Assembly: GCA_913056275.1 (NCBI GenBank)
Contig: CAJXLP010000005.1
Span: 1,027-65,026 of the forward strand
Direction of reading: 5' to 3'
DNA: 64,000 nt
Source of the DNA: an uncultured Mycoplasmatota bacterium
Lineage (GTDB): Bacteria; Bacillota_I; Bacilli_A; Izemoplasmatales; Izemoplasmataceae
Both the position numbers and the translations under genes were made by a program. Positions 1 to 8,373 of the stretch are shown here, in pieces; the first letter of the stretch is position 1; every line of letters begins with the position of its first letter. The notes below the pieces were generated by a model. It had not been told where the DNA came from. It did no database searches and saw only the letters and a list, made by a program, of their open reading frames with translations.

Positions 1-1
1 T

Positions 2-745
2 TGGGAACGTGGAATCAATACACCAGGCGTTGATATTGCAATAGAATTAGCCGATCAAATGGGTATTACTTTAGACGAATTTTTTCGTTTCAAAACAAAA
101 AAAATAAATCAAAAAAATTACACAATTAGTAATACTATTTCATTTGAAAAAGCCTTCTTTAAAATCAAAACTATTGATTCTTTCACTGATGACCAACATA
201 ATGCACTCATCATTAGATTTAATATCTGGGGAGTGAGCCTTAGTAAAGAAAACATTAATCGAGAACTAAATGTCCATTTTAGCGTGAATGATGAAGAAAT
301 ATCCAATATATCAAAGCGCATTCAAGTCATTGAGCCAATGCCAATAAATATTAGTCCTGAATTTCAAAAACTTCCATCACTTTCCAAATATTACGAAGTT
401 GAATACACGCTAGATTATCCTTTTTATCAAGATTTAGTTCTAGAAATAGATTACGAAGGGGGGGTTGCAAAATTTGAAATTCCAAAATCATTGCTAGAAA
501 TTATTTCCAAACCATCCGATGCGTTAGATGATGTCGTATCGATTGATTTAATAGAAACGGATGTGTTTAAGTCTGCACTTGAATATTTTGCAAATCAAGA
601 CGATTTAGCTAAACTTCAAAAGTTTATAGTCAATCAGTATAAAGCATTTATAAAAAGCCTAAATGCCCCTAAAAAATTATTACTACAATCCAGCGAGGAG
701 GACTTTAACACATTAGAGAAAGATTGTAACAGTCTAACTAAATAA
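2..745 (+). CDS. XRE (Cro/C1)-family helix-turn-helix protein; 5' end lies outside the window; C-terminal domain of unknown function
   Basis: The frame of ORF 59..745 stays open back to base 2. The residues before the listed Met read WERGINTPGVDIAIELADQMGITLDEFF, which is the second half of an HTH_3 domain. The gene is much more AT-rich than the rest of the window. Confidence 0.6.
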   Translation, partial: WERGINTPGVDIAIELADQMGITLDEFFRFKTKKINQKNYTISNTISFEKAFFKIKTIDSFTDDQHNALIIRFNIWGVSLSKENINRELNVHFSVNDEEISNISKRIQVIEPMPINISPEFQKLPSLSKYYEVEYTLDYPFYQDLVLEIDYEGGVAKFEIPKSLLEIISKPSDALDDVVSIDLIETDVFKSALEYFANQDDLAKLQKFIVNQYKAFIKSLNAPKKLLLQSSEEDFNTLEKDCNSLTK

Positions 746-841
746 AATTTTGAATATTAATCTATCGTATTATTGCATACTTGTAAAATTGTTGGTGGTG
801 GAATCCATGGTGATATTATGATAAAATTTGTGAGTTGATAC

Positions 842-916
842 GGTCCCGTAGCCAAGTGGCTAAGGCAGCGGACTGCAACTCCGCCATCGTCGGTTCGAAT
901 CCGATCGGGACCTCCA
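842..916 (+). tRNA. tRNA-Cys (anticodon GCA) with encoded CCA end
   Basis: Hand-folded cloverleaf. Acceptor GGTCCCG/CGGGACC, D stem GCC/GGC, anticodon stem GCGGA/TCCGC with loop CTGCAAC (GCA at 875..877), T arm GTCGG-TTCGAAT-CCGAT, discriminator T, CCA at 914..916. Confidence 0.9.
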
Positions 917-930
917 AAATTGGCTCCGTT

Positions 931-953
931 AAAGCGCTTTGAGCGCTTTTTTA
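931..953 (+). terminator. intrinsic terminator after tRNA-Cys
   Basis: AAAGCGC-TTTGA-GCGCTTT hairpin followed by a T-run. Confidence 0.7.
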
Positions 954-962
954 TTTGCTACA

Positions 963-1010
963 ACACAAAACTCCCTCACATGAGACGCTGAATGTGAGGG
1001 AGTTTTGTGT
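963..1010. repeat. perfect 19-bp inverted repeat with a 10-nt loop
   Basis: ACACAAAACTCCCTCACAT (963..981) and ATGTGAGGGAGTTTTGTGT (992..1010) are exact reverse complements. The element lies between the tRNA terminator and the 3' end of the minus-strand gene 1034..1582. Confidence 0.8.
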
Positions 1011-1033
1011 GTGTCAGTTTTAACTAATACTGA

Positions 1034-1582
1034 TTACGAAACATGTTTTTCAAAAGCGGCTAAGTGATTTTCAGAAGCGTCGCGAAGTTTGGTGAACGCA
1101 TCGATTAAATCACTTGGGAGATCTTGGGTTAAGAAGGCATTATACATGGCGATGTTATTGATTTCAGCGATCACACCAATTTCATACGCTTCTTCAAGGG
1201 ATTCAATCTGATGGAGGTATTTCAGGCTATCATCGTCTATGAGCTCAATGCCATAGGATCCAAATAAAGGAAGCAGTAATGCAATGTGGGTTTCTTCGGA
1301 TTCTTTTATGTTGGAGAACGGTTTTGTGACGTCATACGTATCCATGATAACCATGTATTCACTGCGCGCACTGTATTCATCTTGCAGGGCATACACCAGC
1401 ATTTCTTCGGTGGTATACACTTCATCGTTTAAGGCAGATAAGCTTCCCCAAGACGTCGTTTCGATTGGGGCTATTTCGGTTAAGGGTATTTCAAGCTCGG
1501 GAGTAGTATCGAGTGTGGGGTCTGTTTCACATCCTGATAGGGCGATTAAAGTAACTGCAATAATTATCCATTTGTTTTTCAT
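1034..1582 (-). CDS. lipoprotein with a ferritin-like (DUF2202-type) domain
   Basis: Signal peptide with lipobox MKNKWIIIAVTLIALSGC. Paired helical E/H motifs follow (QDEYSARSEY, SEETHIALL, DASENHLAAFEKH), typical of ferritin-like four-helix bundles. Confidence 0.6.
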   Translation of the reverse strand: MKNKWIIIAVTLIALSGCETDPTLDTTPELEIPLTEIAPIETTSWGSLSALNDEVYTTEEMLVYALQDEYSARSEYMVIMDTYDVTKPFSNIKESEETHIALLLPLFGSYGIELIDDDSLKYLHQIESLEEAYEIGVIAEINNIAMYNAFLTQDLPSDLIDAFTKLRDASENHLAAFEKHVS

Positions 1583-1752
1583 ATATGTATCTCCTTATCT
1601 TCTCAACACTTCACCCATGGTTTTTATTGGAATCTTTGTATGAATCTAGGCCCATCAAATTAGTTTTTGAGTGTACCCGTCAACGGTTGAATTAAAGCCA
1701 AACTTGGCATACGGTATAATGACATATATATACGCCCATGAAGGACGAAACT

Positions 1753-2172
1753 ATGAAGATAAACCCACAAACAGTTGCCGATTATATACAAACTCTGCCC
1801 CAGGCAAAACTTTCAGACATGCAAAAAATGGTTGAACTTCTGACGGATATCACCCATGTATCCCCTAAACTGTGGGGAACAATCATCGGGTTTGGCCATG
1901 TCGCATATCAATATAAGTCCGGGCACACCGGTGAAATGCCAATTATTGGCTTTGCTTCAAGACAAAAAGCCATAACGTTTTATTTAAACTGTGATTTATC
2001 TCGGTATGATTTGAGTCAGCTTGGAAGGTATACCACGGGCGTCGGATGTTTGTATGTAAAAAAACTGTCTGACATCCATTTAAGTGTGCTGAAAAAGATA
2101 TTTATTTTGGTCATCCAAGATGTTCAAACCATGGCATCAATTTCAAGCATCATTGAGCCCATACGCATCTAG
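1753..2172 (+). CDS. DUF1801 (YdhG-like) domain protein
   Basis: MKINPQTVADYIQTLP...WGTIIGFGHVAYQYKSGHTGEMPIIGFASRQKAITFYL resembles the DUF1801 fold family. The ATG at 1753 has an AAGGA Shine-Dalgarno-like sequence 8 nt upstream; the ATG at 1738 is an alternative start. Confidence 0.5.
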   Translation: MKINPQTVADYIQTLPQAKLSDMQKMVELLTDITHVSPKLWGTIIGFGHVAYQYKSGHTGEMPIIGFASRQKAITFYLNCDLSRYDLSQLGRYTTGVGCLYVKKLSDIHLSVLKKIFILVIQDVQTMASISSIIEPIRI

Positions 2173-2244
2173 ACCAATCGATCAATGCCTCATGATGAGG
2201 TGGAATGATATGGATGTACCTTTTGATATGAAACCGACGCCATC

Positions 2245-2273
2245 TTCAATCGACTGCATACATCGTTTATAAT
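2245..2273 (+). promoter_or_regulatory. sigma-70-like promoter for the 742-aa lipoprotein gene
   Basis: TTCAAT (2245..2250), 17-nt spacer, TATAAT (2268..2273). Confidence 0.5.
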
Positions 2274-2305
2274 GAGCCAAAGGGAAAAATGTAAGGAGGA
2301 TTACT

Positions 2306-4534
2306 ATGCAAAAATTGCCATTACTGATGTTTTTTGGCATCTTTGTTTTTTTACTGATTGCATGCGAAGAAGCCCCATCGACATATACCGTCACCTATCA
2401 AGATTTTGACGGACGCATCATTGCAACCTATGACGTTTTGTCCGGAGACGATGCCCCACTTCCGGCCGATCCCATTCGCGACGGATTCGCCTTCATAGGC
2501 TGGGATCAATCACATTTGAATGTCATCAGAGCGATCACTCTGCAGGCAATCTATGAAGCTGAGACTCAAGAAGCATTGGAAGATGACGAGCCCGCCAGTC
2601 CGCCGGAGGTGGAAGTCCCTGACCCCGAGCCAGTCCTGCCCAGAGCTGAACGACCTATTTTAGTGGTTACCAAGCTAGAGGGTCTTGACGCAACACTCAC
2701 CGAATTTTTCGGCCATCCGTATGAACGGGTGGATTCCATCATCGATGTGGATTGGAATCAATATCAACGGGCGGTAGTGCTTTATAACGATTCATTGAGA
2801 AAAGAACTTCCTCCCAGACTTTTAGGCAGACCGAATTTGGATGCGAATCATTTTGTCACTTTTACAAATGACTCAGACATCGACGTGACACTGATTTCAC
2901 TCGATGACCGTGACGATTACGAACGCTTTTTAACCACCGTGGATACGACTATTTTTGAAATTCGTGACCCGGCAAGCGTGTACGATTATTATCCCATTCA
3001 AGGAACCGTGGTGTTGGATGCCTCGCGACGATTTGATGCTGACTTGTTACAACTAGCGCTGGGCGAAGAAGTCAGAGTCATGGATGGGTCACTCAATGAA
3101 GATGTATTGCTTCACGAAACAATCTATGTGTTTTTAGGAAACTTAGTTCCTACGTTTTTATCTACGTTTGACGACATCTTAAGACCGCTAGACCACGCTC
3201 TTACTGTGATCGAATTAGACCGCGGACAACGTTTAATCGTGGGCCGTGCAACCGGAGAATGGGCAGAAGAATATTATGCGGCGTTCATAGACGCGGCCAA
3301 AACAGGCATCAGCGCTGCCCAACCTCTATCATTGAGTCCCCCTGAAGGTATTGTGTTTCCAACCCCTCGGGAAGTCACTGCGGATATGTGCACCATCGAA
3401 GACACCCGTACTGAGCCCCAATCAGATGGGCAAGCAACCGTCTCTAACTTCATCCCACCGACGCGTATTCCTGCACAAGGGAATGTAAATGCCCTAGGCA
3501 TTTTAATCAAATTCGAAGATGTGGCTCTGGTTCAATCGGCCTCTGAATTTGAAGCGTTTGTGAGTGAAGTTCACGATATGTCGGTGGATTATTTTGATGT
3601 CATGTCCGAGGGTGAAATGACGCTCAACTGGACACTACATCCCGAAATTGTCACGGCTCCGTTTTTCTTGTCGCCAGAGATTGGCCCCGGCCACCCCAGT
3701 TACGAAGCACTCATTCACGAACACATCGAGTATCTTCTAGCGATTGTCGAAGAAACTACGGACCTTACCGATGTTGACATGATCAATTTCTACTGGCCGG
3801 CTGGCCTGCCAGAATATGTGTATGGGGGACTGTCAGCAATGACGGATGAGCCTTTGGATACGCGCCGCGGTGAAATCTATAATTACAGTGTCAAAAAAGT
3901 AGAAACGAAATATTTTCGAGAACCTAGAGTATTTGCTCGAAGTGTCATCCATGGCGTTGGTCACAATCTTGGTTTAACCGATATCTACATCCAAGAAGCA
4001 GCGTTAAGCTATTACGAAGAATATGATTCAATCACGGACAAATATGGGCATTGGGACATCATGACTGCTGCCGATAATGAATTCAATGCGTGGCATCGTT
4101 GGATGATGAAGTGGGTCACGGATGATGAAGTACATTGTCAACCAGAAAAAACGAATGACCGGGTAGAAATCTTTTTAGAACCGTTAAATCGAGAAACAGC
4201 CACCACGCGTCAAATTGTTATTAAATTAAGCAACACCGAAGCTCTCTCAATTGCGTTGAGAGATCCTGGAAAGTATTGTCCCTTAGTTCCCATAGATGTG
4301 GGATTATCTGTCCCGCAAGGGGGATGTACCCAAAATGTCTTGGTCACCCATATCGACACTAAAATTGGGACAGGCAACGGCCCTAAGACCATTTTGAGAA
4401 CTGAACGATCAACGGCCGAAGATTTTTCCGATGGGCTCATGCGAGAGGGTGAAAGTGTAACTTTCGAACACATCACCATCACCCACCGTGAGCGCTACGC
4501 GGCGGGCAGTGTCATTGAAATTCGCTTCGACTAA
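2306..4534 (+). CDS. large surface lipoprotein: N-terminal Listeria-Bacteroides-type repeat, Pro/Glu-rich linker, C-terminal zinc-metalloprotease-like domain with a degenerate active-site motif
   Basis: Lipobox FVFLLIAC and RBS AAGGAGG upstream. TYTVTYQDFDGRIIATYDVLSGDDAPLPADPIRDGFAFIGWDQ matches the Flg_new/Listeria-Bacteroides repeat pattern. The C-terminal part has SVIHGVGHNLGLTDIY, the HExxHxxGxxD pattern with Gly in place of Glu. Confidence 0.7.
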   Translation: MQKLPLLMFFGIFVFLLIACEEAPSTYTVTYQDFDGRIIATYDVLSGDDAPLPADPIRDGFAFIGWDQSHLNVIRAITLQAIYEAETQEALEDDEPASPPEVEVPDPEPVLPRAERPILVVTKLEGLDATLTEFFGHPYERVDSIIDVDWNQYQRAVVLYNDSLRKELPPRLLGRPNLDANHFVTFTNDSDIDVTLISLDDRDDYERFLTTVDTTIFEIRDPASVYDYYPIQGTVVLDASRRFDADLLQLALGEEVRVMDGSLNEDVLLHETIYVFLGNLVPTFLSTFDDILRPLDHALTVIELDRGQRLIVGRATGEWAEEYYAAFIDAAKTGISAAQPLSLSPPEGIVFPTPREVTADMCTIEDTRTEPQSDGQATVSNFIPPTRIPAQGNVNALGILIKFEDVALVQSASEFEAFVSEVHDMSVDYFDVMSEGEMTLNWTLHPEIVTAPFFLSPEIGPGHPSYEALIHEHIEYLLAIVEETTDLTDVDMINFYWPAGLPEYVYGGLSAMTDEPLDTRRGEIYNYSVKKVETKYFREPRVFARSVIHGVGHNLGLTDIYIQEAALSYYEEYDSITDKYGHWDIMTAADNEFNAWHRWMMKWVTDDEVHCQPEKTNDRVEIFLEPLNRETATTRQIVIKLSNTEALSIALRDPGKYCPLVPIDVGLSVPQGGCTQNVLVTHIDTKIGTGNGPKTILRTERSTAEDFSDGLMREGESVTFEHITITHRERYAAGSVIEIRFD

Positions 4535-4555
4535 GTCTTCGATGTTGTCACCCAA

Positions 4556-4589
4556 AAAACAGCCACCCACGTAAGTGGACGGCTGTTTT
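4556..4589. terminator. bidirectional terminator hairpin between convergent genes
   Basis: AAAAACAGCC...GGCTGTTTT outer stem with an inner CCAC-GTAA-GTGG. A-run and T-run flanks. It overlaps the fabV stop codon. Confidence 0.6.
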
Positions 4590-5694
4590 AAATGTTAAAT
4601 CCGTTAATTTGATAAAACTCATCGATAAATGCCTGCATGCCTTTGGCCATTAAAATCTCTTCCCCTGCATTTTCAAAGCGGGCTTTAACAGCCGCTTGAA
4701 TGGCGGGGTCAAGTTCAAACGTATCCAAACAGATCCGGCCCTCACTGTCGTATATACGCTGCGTGCCGTAGAGGTTATCCCGGAACAAACGCTCAACGTG
4801 TTCGAGTGTGGTTTCATGCACGCCACGTTTCATCATTTCATCAAATAAAAGCCCCCCGTATGTGGCAATGCCAGGAATAAACATCGAGGCTTTGGTGACA
4901 ATGGCTTTTAAGCGAGCAACAATGGCTTCTCCGCCTCTAGCTTGCAAATACTCATTTAATTGATACGTGTAAGCTTCTAAATCATCTTTCGCCTTACCCA
5001 AAGCCCCGTCTCGGTAAATGGGTTTAGTGATTGGCCCTCCCACATAGGAAAAAGTAACTGCTTTAACAGAGTCACTTAATAGGCCGGCTTCATCACACGT
5101 TTTGACCCAGTCATAAAAGTCAGACCCACCCATGACATAGACGGTATCAGCGATTTCTTTTTGGCTGGCTGGCTCGAGCGTAATGTCTGATAATTTGCGC
5201 GATGCCACGTCTAGGTGCATCCCTGAATATGCTTCCCCAATCGGTTTTAATGCGGAGCGTACTAATTCCCCGTCTGCACCAGGTCTCGCCCCAGCAGCCA
5301 AACTATAGATAATTAGGTCAATGGTCACGCCACGTTCTTTGTAGTAGGCAATGACGTCTGCTTTCGTAGACGCTGCAAAAGCATCTTGGTTTAAATCGAC
5401 ATGGCCAGTGCTAAACGCAGTCATAAAATGCGTGTTATTCCAATATCCAGCGCTTCCCGTCTTGTCATTTCCAGGGGGTTTTTCAAATGAGACGCTCACT
5501 GTATGTGTTCCTTGATTGGCTAAGACGAGGCGACTGGCGAATCCATAGCCACTCGATCCCCCAATAATCAAGGCATGTTTGGGTGCGTTAAAGCGAGGTG
5601 AAAACTTGAGCATATCGAGGTGTGCGTTCATCCGCTTTTTTAATCCATCTGCATGAGCATTTAAAAAGATGTTGCGGCGTATTTTCGGATCCAT
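4588..5694 (-). CDS. fabV: trans-2-enoyl-CoA/ACP reductase (FabV family)
   Basis: The N-terminus aligns by eye to FabV (PKHALIIGGSSGYGFASR dinucleotide-binding motif). The Y-x8-K active-site stretch IYRDGALGKAKDDLE is present. Confidence 0.8.
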   Translation of the reverse strand: MDPKIRRNIFLNAHADGLKKRMNAHLDMLKFSPRFNAPKHALIIGGSSGYGFASRLVLANQGTHTVSVSFEKPPGNDKTGSAGYWNNTHFMTAFSTGHVDLNQDAFAASTKADVIAYYKERGVTIDLIIYSLAAGARPGADGELVRSALKPIGEAYSGMHLDVASRKLSDITLEPASQKEIADTVYVMGGSDFYDWVKTCDEAGLLSDSVKAVTFSYVGGPITKPIYRDGALGKAKDDLEAYTYQLNEYLQARGGEAIVARLKAIVTKASMFIPGIATYGGLLFDEMMKRGVHETTLEHVERLFRDNLYGTQRIYDSEGRICLDTFELDPAIQAAVKARFENAGEEILMAKGMQAFIDEFYQINGFNI

Positions 5695-5695
5695 A

Positions 5696-5875
5696 TTATG
5701 TCACCACGAAAGTCATGACGCAAGTAGCAGCCAGTTCTTTGTTCACATAGGCGTTGCCTTGCGCTTTGCCAATCGGTCCTTTCTGTTTGATTAAAGATAC
5801 GTGTAAACCAGACGCGTCACCTGGGTGTACAAAGCGTTTAAAACGGCACTTATCAATCCCCTCAAATAAGGGCGT
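5696..5875 (-). pseudogene. fabZ: fabZ (3-hydroxyacyl-ACP dehydratase) remnant, C-terminal ~59 codons only
   Basis: The minus-strand frame reads TPLFEGIDKCRFKRFVHPGDASGLHVSLIKQKGPIGKAQGNAYVNKELAATCVMTFVVT*. This matches the C-terminal half of FabZ (FFAGID.CRFK..V.PGD...G.G.A.VDG..V). An in-frame TGA lies at 5876..5878 and there is no start codon. Its TAA lies 1 nt before the fabV ATG. Confidence 0.6.
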
Positions 5876-6083
5876 TCAATGACCTCGGCAGATAAATTGA
5901 TTAATAATGCATCATGACGATCACTTATTCTGCGTTAATTGTCTATACTTGAAATGTATCATACCTGAGATTTATTACAAAACTAAACCGTTGGACCGTG
6001 TTTGAATGTCCTCGTATTTTCATCCCACGCTTGATGGGGGTATAATATAAAGTGATAAAGCATTATTTATGGAAGAGGGACCC

Positions 6084-6992
6084 ATGAAAACCTTTGAATG
6101 GCAGTTCGATAAGCATTCATTTTTTGGCTTGAAGACGGATGTAAAAAATCCTCAATTTGGCCTCATCATCATCCATGGGATGGGTGAACATATTAGCCGC
6201 TATGACGCTTTTCTCAAAACACTTGAAGCCCACAACATCTATGCGCTAGGCATTGATTTAAGAGGGCACGGTCAGACCGCGCCTAAAGATCGACTTGGTA
6301 TCCTACAAAATACCGACACTTTTCCCGCAATGATGAATGACATTCATACGCTTTACAGGGAAGAAAAAAAGACATATCCTGCCCTTAAATGGACCCTCAT
6401 GGGTCATTCGATGGGTTCAGTCATTGCCCGCGGCTACGCGCACGAATATCCAAATGATTTTGATCAGATGATATGGATGGGAACTTTACCCATTTATTCA
6501 TTGATTATGCGTAAGGGGACGCGACTTATTGCAGGGCTGGGTGCATTATTTTACCGGAAAAATGCGCGCAACCAGTTCTTAGCATGGGTGTTGAATCAGC
6601 CGCTCATTCGCGCCATTAAAGCGCCTCAGACACACAAAGACTGGTTATCGGTCAATCCTGAAAATGTCCGCGCGTATCTCGATGATCCACTGACTGGATA
6701 TGCCTACAATAGCGTGTTTTATCGGCGATTTTTTGCGCTCGTAGACCAGGTGTCTCAACCTGCAAATATTGCAAAAACAAACTTAAAAAGACTGTTTCTA
6801 GTGGCTGGGAAAGAGGATCCCGTCACGCAACACGGAGCGTCTCATGCGATGATTAAATCCGCCTATCAAGAGGCTCATCCCGACTTAAAAATACACGATG
6901 TTCAGTGGCCCAACATGCGTCACGAGCCGCTGAATGAAACACACCCACAAGTGGTGTACGACACACTCATCAAGGCATTGCTGCATGAATAA
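6084..6992 (+). CDS. alpha/beta hydrolase, lysophospholipase/monoacylglycerol-lipase-like
   Basis: IIHGMGEHISRY oxyanion region and GHSMGS nucleophile elbow. The ATG at 6084 is preceded by GAAGAGGG; 6069 is an alternative start. Confidence 0.75.
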   Translation: MKTFEWQFDKHSFFGLKTDVKNPQFGLIIIHGMGEHISRYDAFLKTLEAHNIYALGIDLRGHGQTAPKDRLGILQNTDTFPAMMNDIHTLYREEKKTYPALKWTLMGHSMGSVIARGYAHEYPNDFDQMIWMGTLPIYSLIMRKGTRLIAGLGALFYRKNARNQFLAWVLNQPLIRAIKAPQTHKDWLSVNPENVRAYLDDPLTGYAYNSVFYRRFFALVDQVSQPANIAKTNLKRLFLVAGKEDPVTQHGASHAMIKSAYQEAHPDLKIHDVQWPNMRHEPLNETHPQVVYDTLIKALLHE

Positions 6993-8247
6993 TTCCGATG
7001 CATACGTGGGACACCCAGAGAATTTATACGTACTAGGTGCCTGGTTGGCGTTTGAAAGAACTCGGCAAGGCTATTCACTGAGAGGGCTTGCACGAGGCGC
7101 CAGTGTGGCTCCTTCATTAGTCAGTGCGATTGAAAATCAAAAAACCTTACCAAATGTTGATACCCTTCAGTATCTATACGCTGCCTTGCATCATACGTTT
7201 GTGCTGGATGACGCGTATTTATCCAGTGTCTATGAGAACATTCAAGCGTTGTACTATGCGACGTATGATCAAAATGAATCGGCCATTCAGCACTTGACCA
7301 ATGCGCTCATCCCACAATTTAGTAAGCTGAAATATTCCCCGCTCAGTGTTGAACTCATTTTAGTTGAGGCATTCATCCAAATTCACTTTCAAGAAAAAAC
7401 AGTGAGTGAGGCATTTTTAGCACTCGCCAACCATTTAGCTCATTTAAATCTTGTGCAACGTCAACGGTATTATTTGAATCTCGGATTTTTAAAATGGCAT
7501 GCCGGTGATGTACCGAGTGCCCGCGCTGCATTTTCAGAAGTCATCACGTTGCACCGTGAATCACGGGCGCACGCCGTGGCACTGACCATGCTTGCGAAAC
7601 TATCAAGTGCGGATTATCAAATTGTGCAAGCATTGGAATACGCGGAACGTGCATCTAAATTACATGCAAAATACTCCAATCTATTTAGAAAAATTGAAGC
7701 GGATTTTGTGGCGATTAAAAGTTACATCGAAATGCATCAACTGACCAGTGCGTCTTCGATTATACAAAGTCTGTCGTACGTGCTTGTTGAAACCAATACG
7801 ACGTATTGGAATGAATTGCAATCGTTTAAAGCGTATGTGGCTTACCGGTCCCATGACTATCACTCGTGCATCGACTATCTCTCGAGCATTCCAGAGAAAT
7901 CATTGTTTCAAGCTATTTTAGAGGCCCAAGCTCATATTCATTTAAACAACCGTGATATTGCGAAGGCTCGGTATCACGCCCTGGCTTTAAAATACCCAAA
8001 AACAACGTCCCCCCATCAAGCACACTTACTGCGTTTACTTGATGTGCAATTCAGTGAAAATCCCGTCGACCAGGACGCGTTTGAGTACTTCATTCAGTCG
8101 TACGATCGGTTCGAACACTTGCATATCGTTCAGACTCTATTGAGTGTATTAAGAGAATACGCCAGTCGGACGGGGCATTATGAAATTCTCGATCCATTAA
8201 TGAAAATCAGTTTAAAACTCATGTTGTTTGATAAAAATCGCCTTTAA
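6985..8247 (+). CDS. XRE-HTH plus long helical (TPR-like) domain transcriptional regulator, paralogue A
   Basis: HTH_3 pattern LGAWLAFERTRQGYSLRGLARGASVAPSLVSAIENQKTLPNVDTLQYLYAAL followed by about 350 aa rich in helix-forming residues. The ATG at 6985 overlaps the hydrolase stop (ATGAATAA). Confidence 0.7.
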   Translation: MNNSDAYVGHPENLYVLGAWLAFERTRQGYSLRGLARGASVAPSLVSAIENQKTLPNVDTLQYLYAALHHTFVLDDAYLSSVYENIQALYYATYDQNESAIQHLTNALIPQFSKLKYSPLSVELILVEAFIQIHFQEKTVSEAFLALANHLAHLNLVQRQRYYLNLGFLKWHAGDVPSARAAFSEVITLHRESRAHAVALTMLAKLSSADYQIVQALEYAERASKLHAKYSNLFRKIEADFVAIKSYIEMHQLTSASSIIQSLSYVLVETNTTYWNELQSFKAYVAYRSHDYHSCIDYLSSIPEKSLFQAILEAQAHIHLNNRDIAKARYHALALKYPKTTSPHQAHLLRLLDVQFSENPVDQDAFEYFIQSYDRFEHLHIVQTLLSVLREYASRTGHYEILDPLMKISLKLMLFDKNRL

Positions 8248-8373
8248 CCCCGTTTTCATGGAAACTGTAAACTAACACAACCCCCTTGCGCCGACCTGCT
8301 ATGACCATGGATAATAGAGTTAGGATTAAGAATTACATAGTTTTTGGGAAGGGGCTGTGTGATTTGACTTTCT

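Noticed and set aside
2182-2394. 70-aa minus-strand ORF spanning the intergenic region and the start of the lipoprotein gene.
   Set aside because: It overlaps the promoter, RBS and signal-peptide coding region of gene 2306..4534. It has no RBS or motif and is most likely spurious.
917-6068. Possibility that the accessory-looking genes downstream of tRNA-Cys (lipoproteins, DUF1801, fabV/fabZ remnant) form a tRNA-integrated genomic island.
   Set aside because: There is no integrase, no direct repeat of the tRNA 3' end in the window, and the composition is similar to the core genes. The only other TTCGAATCC lies inside pepF at about 47281 and is coincidental.
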